This document shows, piece after piece, positions 8,944 to 16,914 of a stretch of 33,436 bases of DNA. How positions within the stretch are numbered: position 1 is the stretch's first letter; each line of letters begins with the position of its first letter. The DNA lies in NCBI GenBank assembly GCA_018826545.1, contig JAHKAL010000046.1, positions 1-33,436 of the forward strand, in the 5' to 3' direction. The notes below the pieces were generated by a model, which saw only the letters and a list, made by a program, of their open reading frames with translations, searched no databases and had not been told where the DNA came from. The translations under genes were made by a program, and so were the position numbers. The DNA comes from Patescibacteria group bacterium (GTDB taxonomy: Bacteria; Patescibacteriota; Microgenomatia; UBA8517).

Positions 8944-11900
8944 TTATTTTTCTAAACTAATCTTTTCTTCTACTTCCATATTTCCCTTGGGATTTAATAA
9001 TTCATTTGTTGCGACAACCTCTGATCCTGCCGCTTTTGCAAGTTCTTGTCCTTCTTTTAATTCTTCGTTTTCATCATCTATCTCAACAGCGCCTTTAGCC
9101 TCAATCGACAAACCTAATGAATTCAACTCTCGAACCAAAACTTTAAAAGATTCAGGAATTGTTGCTGCCGGAATATCAACACCTTTAACAATAGCCTCAA
9201 AGGCTTTTGCTCTTCCCACAACATCATCTGATTTAATAGTTAACATTTCTTGCAGAGAATATGCAGCTCTATGAGCTTCCAATGCCCAAACTTCCATTTC
9301 CCCAAGTCTTTGACCTCCCATTTGTGCTTTTCCTCCTAAAGGTTGTTGTGTTACCAAAGAATAAGGACCAGTACTTCTAGCATGAGTTTTATCATCAACC
9401 ATATGGTTTAATTTCATTATGTATCCTACCCCAACAACAGTATCTTCTTTAAAAGGTTCACCTGTTTTTCCATCTCTAAGCCTTGTTTTTCCTGAAACAG
9501 GAAGTCCTGCTTTTTTAAGTTCTTCAGTAATTACTTGATCACTGATTTTGTCAAAAACTGGAATAGCAGCCTTTTTACTATCTTGCATCATTGCCCAACC
9601 CAAATGAGTTTCAAAAAGTTGTCCTAAATTCATACGATTCAAAACTGATAACGGTGAAATTACTATATCAACTGGAGTACCATCCTCTAGATAGGGCATA
9701 TCGGCAACTGGCATCATTTTTGAAATTACTCCTTTATTACCATGTCTTCCTGCAACTTTATCACCAACTGTCACTTTTCTTATTTGTGCTATTTTTACAA
9801 TTACTCTTTTTAGAATTCCCGGTCCAAGTTCATCTCCTTTTTCCCTGTCTAGAATCTGAACATTTACAACAATTCCACCTTCTCCATGAGGTACTCTGAG
9901 TGAGGTATCTCTTACCTCACGTGCTTTTTCTCCAAAAATTGCCCTAAGAAGTCTTTCTTCAGAAGTTAGTTCCGTTTCTCCTTTTGGAGCAATTTTACCA
10001 ACTAAAATATCATTAGGTCCCACCTCTGCACCAATTACAACAATTCCGTCTCCGGCAAGATTAGAAAGTTCTGTTTCTGAAACATTTGGAATATCTCTAG
10101 TTAATTCTTCTGGGCCTAACTTTGTATCAACAACATCAGCTTCATGTTCTTCAATATTGATAGATGTAAGACAATCATCCTTGACCAGTCTATCTGAAAT
10201 TAAAATAGCATCTTCAAAACCATAACCACCGTAAGAAGTATAAGCAACAACTAAATTTCTCCCCAATGCCAGTTCAGCATTATCTGACGCAGGACCATCT
10301 GCCAAAAGATCTCCAACTTTTACTTTTTCTCCTGGTTTTATAACAGCTTTTTGGTTATAGCATGTTGAATGTGCTGTTCTTCTAAATTTAGTAAGGTAAT
10401 AAATTTCTTTTTTACCTCCGTCGGCAATTTCAATATCTTCATTAGATTTATCATTTATCTTTTTATCAAGTTTTATTTCAATTTTTTCACTATCAACATA
10501 ATCTACTTTTCCTGAATGTTTAGCTCTTATCACCCTACCCATTGCTTGAGCAATTTCTTCTTCCATTCCAGTCCCAACAATCGGAGATTCAGGATTAATT
10601 AAGGGGACAGCTTGGCATTGCATGTTTGAACCCATTAATGCACGATTTCCCTCATCATTTGCAAGGAAAGGAATAAGTGAAGCGGATGTACCAACAACTT
10701 GTTTTGGACTAACATCAATAAAATCAACTAATTCTGAAGATCCTTCCATAAAAGTACCTTTATATCTTAAAGGCACTCTTCCAGATTTAATAAATCCTTT
10801 TTTATCAATATCTACTCTTGAATGCGTAATATGATTTTCTTCCTCATCATCAGCTGTTAAATATACAACTTCATCAGTAATTTTAACTAAAGTTTTATTT
10901 CCTTTTTTAATTTTTTCAACTTTCCTATAAGGAGTTTCAATAAATCCATATTCATTAACTCTTGCATATAAAGCAAGATAAGTTACTAAACCAATATTTG
11001 GTCCTTCGGGAGATCTGACTGGATCAATTTTTCCATATTGAGAAGATCCTACATCACGAATAGAGAACGATGCCCTATCACGATTGATTCCACCTGGTCC
11101 TAATACAGAGACACGTCTTAAATTATCTATTTCAGATAATGGATTTGTATTATCAAGAATTGTGGACAATTGGTTAGAACGGAAAAACTCATTTAAAGAT
11201 GCTATCAAAGGTCTAGCATTTATGAGATTTGCCGGTAAGGGTCTGTCATCTGGAGAAATAAGACTCATTTTCTCTTTAACTGACCTTTCCAATCTTAAAA
11301 GACCAACACGAAAAGCATTTGTTGCTACTAATTCTCCTACTCTTCTTAATCTTCTATTGGATAAATGATCAATATCATCAATTCTACCAATGCCGTTTTG
11401 AAGCCCTACTAAATATTGAAGTGTTCCAATTATATCTTGTCTTGACAATATCCAAGTTGATTTGTCATTCGGTAAATTTAATCTCAACCTTTTATTAATT
11501 TTGTATCTACCAACTTTCCCCAAATCATATCTTCTATTTTCAAAAAACATAGTTTGGAATAAAGTTTCAGCGTTTTCCAAAAGTGCAGGTTCTCCTGGTC
11601 TTAATTTTCTATATATTTCCAAAAGTGCTTCTTCTCTCGATTTTGATGAATCTTTTTCTAAAGTAGCCTCTAAATATTTATGTTGGGGATCTTTATCAAT
11701 TTCTTTAAAAAGTTTTAATATCTCTTCATCAAACTCAATACCCATTGCTCTTAAGATAATTGTTCCAATTATTTTTCTTTTTCTATCAATTCTTGCAGCA
11801 ATAACATCGTTTTTTGCAACTTCAAATTCCAACCATGTTCCATGAAGAGGCCTGATTTCTGCACCATAAAGCATTCTGCCACTAGAAGCATCTAAATTAC

Positions 11901-12324
11901 CATTAAAATATATACCTGGACTTCTAACAATCTGATTAATAACAACTCTTTCAATACCGTTAACAATAAAAGTACCTCTAGATGTCATTTGGGGAAGATC
12001 TCCTAAAAATACTTCCTGTTCAATCTCTTTACCAGTTCTTTTGTTGATTAGTTTAACAATAATTTTTAGAGAAGAAGAATAAGTAAGACCTTTTTCTTGT
12101 GCTAAATTTGGAGAAATTGTTGGTTCTTCTAAACTATGTTCACCAAAAATAAGTCGCCAGTTTTTTCCTGTGAAATCATCAATTGGAGAAATTTCTTTTA
12201 ATTCAGCAGCAATTCCTTCAGTTAAAAACCATTTCCAAGATTCTTTTTGAACCAAAGATAAGTCTAATTTTGGTAAGTTTTTTTCTTCAATTCCGAAATT
12301 TTTTCTTTTATTACTTGCGGTCAT
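8944..12324 (-). CDS. rpoB: DNA-directed RNA polymerase subunit beta
   Basis: Beta-subunit motifs are present throughout (e.g. GRHGNKGVISK, GGQRLGEMEVWALEA). I place the start at the ATG at 12322-12324 (MTASNKRKNFG). The TTG at 12366 in the track would read through the leader hairpin. Confidence 0.95.
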   Translation of the reverse strand: MTASNKRKNFGIEEKNLPKLDLSLVQKESWKWFLTEGIAAELKEISPIDDFTGKNWRLIFGEHSLEEPTISPNLAQEKGLTYSSSLKIIVKLINKRTGKEIEQEVFLGDLPQMTSRGTFIVNGIERVVINQIVRSPGIYFNGNLDASSGRMLYGAEIRPLHGTWLEFEVAKNDVIAARIDRKRKIIGTIILRAMGIEFDEEILKLFKEIDKDPQHKYLEATLEKDSSKSREEALLEIYRKLRPGEPALLENAETLFQTMFFENRRYDLGKVGRYKINKRLRLNLPNDKSTWILSRQDIIGTLQYLVGLQNGIGRIDDIDHLSNRRLRRVGELVATNAFRVGLLRLERSVKEKMSLISPDDRPLPANLINARPLIASLNEFFRSNQLSTILDNTNPLSEIDNLRRVSVLGPGGINRDRASFSIRDVGSSQYGKIDPVRSPEGPNIGLVTYLALYARVNEYGFIETPYRKVEKIKKGNKTLVKITDEVVYLTADDEEENHITHSRVDIDKKGFIKSGRVPLRYKGTFMEGSSELVDFIDVSPKQVVGTSASLIPFLANDEGNRALMGSNMQCQAVPLINPESPIVGTGMEEEIAQAMGRVIRAKHSGKVDYVDSEKIEIKLDKKINDKSNEDIEIADGGKKEIYYLTKFRRTAHSTCYNQKAVIKPGEKVKVGDLLADGPASDNAELALGRNLVVAYTSYGGYGFEDAILISDRLVKDDCLTSINIEEHEADVVDTKLGPEELTRDIPNVSETELSNLAGDGIVVIGAEVGPNDILVGKIAPKGETELTSEERLLRAIFGEKAREVRDTSLRVPHGEGGIVVNVQILDREKGDELGPGILKRVIVKIAQIRKVTVGDKVAGRHGNKGVISKMMPVADMPYLEDGTPVDIVISPLSVLNRMNLGQLFETHLGWAMMQDSKKAAIPVFDKISDQVITEELKKAGLPVSGKTRLRDGKTGEPFKEDTVVGVGYIMKLNHMVDDKTHARSTGPYSLVTQQPLGGKAQMGGQRLGEMEVWALEAHRAAYSLQEMLTIKSDDVVGRAKAFEAIVKGVDIPAATIPESFKVLVRELNSLGLSIEAKGAVEIDDENEELKEGQELAKAAGSEVVATNELLNPKGNMEVEEKISLEK

Positions 12325-12329
12325 TGTTG

Positions 12330-12361
12330 AAAACAGAAAATCCCCGCAAATTAAGCGGGAA
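12330..12361 (-). terminator. Terminator/attenuator-like hairpin (TTCCCGC-ttaattt-GCGGGGA followed by TTTTCTGTTTT) 16 nt upstream of the rpoB ATG
   Basis: A GC-rich 5-7 bp stem sits at plus 12341-12361, with a T-rich tract on the minus strand (plus 12330-12340). It lies between the mltG stop and the rpoB start. Confidence 0.55.
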
Positions 12362-12392
12362 AGCAACGTAACTAGAGTACGCCTAACATGGA

Positions 12393-12420
12393 ATTATATA
12401 GATAAAAAAATACATGTCAA
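12393..12420 (-). promoter_or_regulatory. Sigma70-like promoter TTGACA-16 nt-TATAAT upstream of the rpoB leader hairpin
   Basis: Minus strand: TTGACA is plus 12415-12420 and TATAAT is plus 12393-12398. It sits in the 72-nt spacer after the mltG stop. Confidence 0.45.
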
Positions 12421-12438
12421 TAAGTATTTAAGTCAAAA

Positions 12439-13434
12439 TTACTTTAAATAATTGACAATATTAGCATTATGTTCCTCAATTGTTTTAGCATAATGAATTT
12501 CTCCTTTAGAATCATGCAAATAAAACCAGTAAGGGGATGTTTCTGGATAAATTGCTGCGTTAATAGAAGAAATTCCTGGATTTGATATTGGTTGAGGTGG
12601 TAATCCTGTATTTTTGTATGTATTGAAAGCAGAATTAATCTGAATATCTTCTTTTGTTAATATGGTCCACCAGTCGCAATCTTTAAAATTCTGTGTGCAT
12701 TTTTTAGTTGAAACAGCATACTGAACTGCCGCATCTATTTGCAAAGGCCATTCTGCCTGTAACCTTCTATAAATAATTCCAGCAACTAATGCTTTTTCAG
12801 AATCACTACGTGTTTCTCTTTCAATTAATGATGCAACAGTAATAACTTCTTTTAATGAAAAAGATGATTTATTAATTTCAGTTAATAGCTTTGAATCAAC
12901 TTTATTCTCAAAGGTTCGGGTTAATTTATTTACAACGGCAGAGGCACTAGCCATTTGTGGAAAAAGATAAGTATCTGGGAACAAAAAACCTTCTTTGTCT
13001 TTAGTTAAGTTAATAAATTCATTACTAAAATTTTTCGCATCTTGAGAATTCTTTCCTAAAGACTTGATAAATCTTTCAGACACTTCTTCTCTTCTTAAAC
13101 CTTCAGGGATTGTAACCCAAATTTCTTCAGGACCTTTTACAAATTGATCAACTATCTTAAAAAGATTCCAACTTGAAGAAAGTCTATATTCGCCCGCCTG
13201 AATTTTTTGCTGTTTACCTGTAAGTTGTACATAAAACTTGAAAGCTAAAGAATTTTTAACAAAACCCTTTTCCTTAAGTTTCTTCCCAATTAGTGTCACT
13301 GATGATCCTCTTGTAATAATAAAAGTTTCCAAGGATTCTTTATCCGAAACAGGTTTGATATTTATACTCCACCAAATAAAAAGTGAACATAAAGAGATGA
13401 TAATGACTGGAAGAAAAAGTGTAGTTTTTTTCAT
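12439..13434 (-). CDS. mltG: Endolytic murein transglycosylase MltG/YceG family
   Basis: N-terminal TM segment (MKKTTLFLPVIIISLCSLFIWW) followed by a YceG-like body (LFPDTYLF, ASLIERE, NTYKNTGLPPQPISNPG). Start chosen at the ATG at 13432-13434. TAA stop. Confidence 0.85.
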   Translation of the reverse strand: MKKTTLFLPVIIISLCSLFIWWSINIKPVSDKESLETFIITRGSSVTLIGKKLKEKGFVKNSLAFKFYVQLTGKQQKIQAGEYRLSSSWNLFKIVDQFVKGPEEIWVTIPEGLRREEVSERFIKSLGKNSQDAKNFSNEFINLTKDKEGFLFPDTYLFPQMASASAVVNKLTRTFENKVDSKLLTEINKSSFSLKEVITVASLIERETRSDSEKALVAGIIYRRLQAEWPLQIDAAVQYAVSTKKCTQNFKDCDWWTILTKEDIQINSAFNTYKNTGLPPQPISNPGISSINAAIYPETSPYWFYLHDSKGEIHYAKTIEEHNANIVNYLK

Positions 13435-13450
13435 TTTCAAAAAGTAGATT

Positions 13451-13651
13451 CTATACCTCTTCAAGAAGTGCTCTACGATATTTTTTTGTTTTGGGGTCAT
13501 AAATAAAAATTCTTCCACAAGAACAGGTTGCTTTTTCTGTTGAATTATTTCTTTTTTCTTTCTTGGCAATTTTAAGTTCTTTTCCACATCCAACGCACCT
13601 TCTTTGTGATAAAAGCCATGCTTGTATTGGTGATATAACGTTTTTAAACAT
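13451..13651 (-). CDS. Small Zn-ribbon-like protein (66 aa), hypothetical
   Basis: MFKNVISPIQAWLLSQRRCVGCGKEL...CSCGRIF carries a CxxC...CxC cysteine pattern. Its start overlaps the ruvX stop by 8 nt and its stop lies 16 nt before the mltG start. TAG stop. Confidence 0.55.
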   Translation of the reverse strand: MFKNVISPIQAWLLSQRRCVGCGKELKIAKKEKRNNSTEKATCSCGRIFIYDPKTKKYRRALLEEV

Positions 13652-14030
13652 CTTTTTCAATATACCATTGTAACATAACTGCAGCCGCATAAGCATCTTC
13701 TAATAATTTTCTTTTTGATCTTCTTATCCCCGCTTCAATTGAATATTCTTGAGCTTTTTTTGTACTTAATGTTTCATCTACAAAATCTAGATCAATGCTT
13801 TTTTTTGCCAATAGTTTTTTAGCAAAGTCTTTTGAGTTTTTTGCGCTTTTCCCTTCAGATATTCCAATGATAACTTTTTCAATATTTAATAGTTTTATGA
13901 TTTCTAAAATTTTTTCTATTACCCTATCTTCAGACTGGTATCTTAAAACACAATACGGTTCGACAATTATTGTCTCTGCAAAAGCAATCCCAATTTTGCT
14001 TTGACCATAATCTATAGCTAATATTTTCAT
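13644..14030 (-). CDS. ruvX: Putative pre-16S rRNA nuclease / Holliday junction resolvase-like YqgF
   Basis: 128 aa. The N-terminal MKILAIDYGQSKIGIAFAE is typical of YqgF/RuvX, and the gene neighbours mltG and alaS. TAA stop. Confidence 0.85.
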   Translation of the reverse strand: MKILAIDYGQSKIGIAFAETIIVEPYCVLRYQSEDRVIEKILEIIKLLNIEKVIIGISEGKSAKNSKDFAKKLLAKKSIDLDFVDETLSTKKAQEYSIEAGIRRSKRKLLEDAYAAAVMLQWYIEKDV

Positions 14031-14031
14031 A

Positions 14032-14694
14032 CTAATTAAATGGAATAATTTTGGCTCTTACAATTAATCTTCTTGGCATTCGAGGATCCCCCGGTGGAAC
14101 ACAAGTTACTAAAGTTAAATAAGAATTGGAAGCTTCTTGTTCTAATATTTGAATATCTTCAGGATATACTTCAAACATACTAACAATTGCATATCTGAAA
14201 TAAATTTGATCAAAATTAATTTCAATAATATCTCCCTCTTTTAAAGTAGGAAGCTTAGAAAAAATTGTTTTGTAATCTGAAGGATTATAAAAAATAGGTA
14301 GTACAGAATGACCAAAAATCACAGAATTGCCGACTTTACCTGGTAATGCAGTTCCTGGAAAATGAATAATGCTCTTTTTTATATCCTGTCCTCCGAAAAT
14401 AACTTTGGCATCCTTGATATTTAATATTGGAATTGAAAGTGTATAACTTAAATTATTAACATCGCTATATAGGTATTCTTTATTTTCAAACCAGTTTCCT
14501 ATTTGCGTTGAATCTTTCAATTCCCAACCTAAAACTCCGCCTAAGGTTGTTTTCACTGGACTAATAAGAACAGGGTATTTCTGTCTTGATACAACTTCAT
14601 ATTTTACAATTGGGATCAAAACTCCCAAAATAAATATTAGCCCTGAAAGACCAAAAATTATCGCTGATAATTTATAAACATATTTTCTATCCAT
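14032..14694 (-). CDS. Sortase-family transpeptidase (membrane anchored)
   Basis: 220 aa. An N-terminal TM segment is followed by the catalytic-triad context VIFGHSV (His), LTLVTCVPPG (TLxTC Cys) and RRLIVRA (Arg). TAG stop. Confidence 0.8.
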   Translation of the reverse strand: MDRKYVYKLSAIIFGLSGLIFILGVLIPIVKYEVVSRQKYPVLISPVKTTLGGVLGWELKDSTQIGNWFENKEYLYSDVNNLSYTLSIPILNIKDAKVIFGGQDIKKSIIHFPGTALPGKVGNSVIFGHSVLPIFYNPSDYKTIFSKLPTLKEGDIIEINFDQIYFRYAIVSMFEVYPEDIQILEQEASNSYLTLVTCVPPGDPRMPRRLIVRAKIIPFN

Positions 14695-14718
14695 AATTAA
14701 CCCAAATATACTACATAA

Positions 14719-16902
14719 TTATCTTTCTGTGGCAAGATCAACACTTATATTTTTTGAAAGATGGGGAAGAGTATTCAATTTACCTGGTAATATCGGAATA
14801 AATTTAATTTCAGCTCGAGAAAAGCCAGGAACAGTTTCCAAATATTTTTCTACAACACTTTTACTTTTACCTTTAGTTTTTTCTTTAATTTCATCAATTT
14901 TTATTTGAGGAAGTAAATTTACTTCGACAAAAATTTCAAAAAGATAGTTTTTTTCATCAACATTTTGCAAATCAAATCTTACTTTAACTTGATCGCTTCT
15001 TAAAACATACCCAGATGGTATCTGATCTTTTAAGGAATTATTGATAAAATCAAAAAAGTCTTTTTCATAAATAGCTACTCCTTTTGTGTTTATATTTAAA
15101 CTGAGTTTAAGATTTGATGCTTCATCGCCAATTTTATTACTAAACACTCTTGACAAATCTGTAGCAACAAGGGAATCATCGATAAAATATAGACCTCCTT
15201 CAAGTTTATTCTTTATATCACCTTTCGCACTTTCCAATAACTCATTTTCTAATTCTTTTAGAAGTTCTTCTTGATCATCTTCAGATACTGCAGAAATTTG
15301 TCTACTAGAACCCCCAGAAAAGTCTGCTGATGCAATTGCGTCAGCATCAGATTTTGGATAGTTCGAAACTTTAAAAACTTCATCTTTTGCAAGATTATAA
15401 TCTGCACCAAGACTACCTGCTGTAACGTCTACATTTGCTTCGCCGGGCAGGCTTGGAGAAATCGCCGCAGAAATAGATGCAGAACTATCAAGAGTAAATT
15501 GCAAATCTCCACTTGATAATAATATCGTTCCCGCAGAAAGCCTAATTGAATTTGCAGTACCATTTTGAATTTTTACTGTTCCTCTTGCTTTCTCTCCAAC
15601 AGTTTTAGTACCTGTAGTATTTTTTGTTTTTTCTCCTTCTTCGCTAACTTCAATTACTTTCCCGGAAAGAATTCCTTCTGAAACATTACTAGAACTCCCA
15701 CTTATATCTAGTGTGAGCTCAATTTTATCTTCAAGTTTTTTGGGGGAAACATAAATTGTAACAACTGCTTTGGGTAGTAACCACCATAACAAAAATCCAA
15801 TTATTAATAAAATAACAAAAATTACTCCACCCAAAACAAAATGCTTTTTATTACCATTAAATTTAATTTTTTGTTTAGGTACCTTATTAAAAATACCCTT
15901 AATACCAAGAAGTGCTTTATGTATTTTTTCAACAATATTATTTTTCTTTTTGATAGATTGTTGGGTATCATTTTTCAATTGCTGATCATTAACCAACTCT
16001 TTTTCTTTCAAAGTTACTTCTTTTTCTTTTACGATATCTCCTCCCATGACAAATCCTAAATCCTCTGGTTTTATAGACTTATCAGGCACTGAAACGTTTT
16101 CAACGTCTGGTGGAATTTCTTCATTATCTTTTTTTAAAGTTTCAATTGTTTTAATATTTGATATTTCAGATGCACCAGCAAGAGCTGTTGCTATTATTTT
16201 TCTATCAGGACTAATTGTTTCAATCTTTGGAGTGTGTAAAAATTTTATTTTTTCCCCTGATTCCCAATCATAAGCAAGTAAATTTTGTCTAACTTCCTCT
16301 AGCTCCCCTTCTTTACCATCATAAATTAAAAATCTTGATGGATATGAATCATTTAATCCAAATCTAGTTAAACCTTCTATAACATCATCTGGTATTGAAA
16401 CACTTCTCGCGACAGTAGTTGTTCCGATTAAATTACCAAGTTTAAAAAGGCTTATTTCAATGTTTTCTTCTCTTGTTGCTATAACAACTGCTGATAAAGG
16501 TGATCCTTCTTCAGATTTTGAAAGATGTGCTATTGCTTCTGATAAAACAACAAATCCAGAAGGTTCTAAAGACAATTCACTACAAATTTTTTTTATTTTT
16601 TCAATATACTCTTCTTTTATTTCTCCGTTTTCTACCCATTTACTACTTACTCCAAAAACAGTTTTAGAAGGTTCACCAATATCATTTGGAAAATTTTGAA
16701 TAGCTGAAGATAAAGAAGCATCACATGCATTTATCAAATCTTCATCTTCCATCCAAGAAACTGGATTACTGATAGACAGGACTTGAGCTTTTTCTTCATT
16801 AATAGTCCAAATTGCAGCCTGAATCAGTCCGGGCTCTAATACTATAGCCCAGAAAAAATCTTGGTTAATTTTTTCTTTTGAAAAGAAGTCTTTAAGGTCC
16901 AT
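14719..16902 (-). CDS. 727-aa bitopic membrane protein; the C-terminal ectodomain resembles baseplate J-like proteins common in CPR annotations, and the N-terminal cytoplasmic domain is of unknown (possibly actin-like) fold
   Basis: Long uninterrupted ORF with a single central TM segment (HFVLGGVIFVILLIIGFLLWWLL). The C-terminal half contains repeats of the type GEKARGTVKIQNGTANSIRLSAGTILLSSGDLQFTL. The domain assignment comes from memory of family features, not a search. Confidence 0.6.
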   Translation of the reverse strand: MDLKDFFSKEKINQDFFWAIVLEPGLIQAAIWTINEEKAQVLSISNPVSWMEDEDLINACDASLSSAIQNFPNDIGEPSKTVFGVSSKWVENGEIKEEYIEKIKKICSELSLEPSGFVVLSEAIAHLSKSEEGSPLSAVVIATREENIEISLFKLGNLIGTTTVARSVSIPDDVIEGLTRFGLNDSYPSRFLIYDGKEGELEEVRQNLLAYDWESGEKIKFLHTPKIETISPDRKIIATALAGASEISNIKTIETLKKDNEEIPPDVENVSVPDKSIKPEDLGFVMGGDIVKEKEVTLKEKELVNDQQLKNDTQQSIKKKNNIVEKIHKALLGIKGIFNKVPKQKIKFNGNKKHFVLGGVIFVILLIIGFLLWWLLPKAVVTIYVSPKKLEDKIELTLDISGSSSNVSEGILSGKVIEVSEEGEKTKNTTGTKTVGEKARGTVKIQNGTANSIRLSAGTILLSSGDLQFTLDSSASISAAISPSLPGEANVDVTAGSLGADYNLAKDEVFKVSNYPKSDADAIASADFSGGSSRQISAVSEDDQEELLKELENELLESAKGDIKNKLEGGLYFIDDSLVATDLSRVFSNKIGDEASNLKLSLNINTKGVAIYEKDFFDFINNSLKDQIPSGYVLRSDQVKVRFDLQNVDEKNYLFEIFVEVNLLPQIKIDEIKEKTKGKSKSVVEKYLETVPGFSRAEIKFIPILPGKLNTLPHLSKNISVDLATER

Positions 16903-16914
16903 TTTATGGCAGTA

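Noticed and set aside
12325-12366. TTG start at 12366 for rpoB; likewise the upstream starts for nusA (31185), mltG (13593), the Zn-ribbon ORF (13696) and the rodZ-like gene (19598)
   Set aside because: The extensions run through terminator hairpins or upstream genes and add non-homologous residues. Internal ATGs give N-termini that match the protein families.
14719-14800. The 727-aa protein as the substrate of the adjacent sortase (C-terminal ILPGKLNTLPHLS)
   Set aside because: There is no LPxTG-type pentapeptide followed by a hydrophobic segment and a basic tail. The protein ends in a polar sequence (VDLATER).
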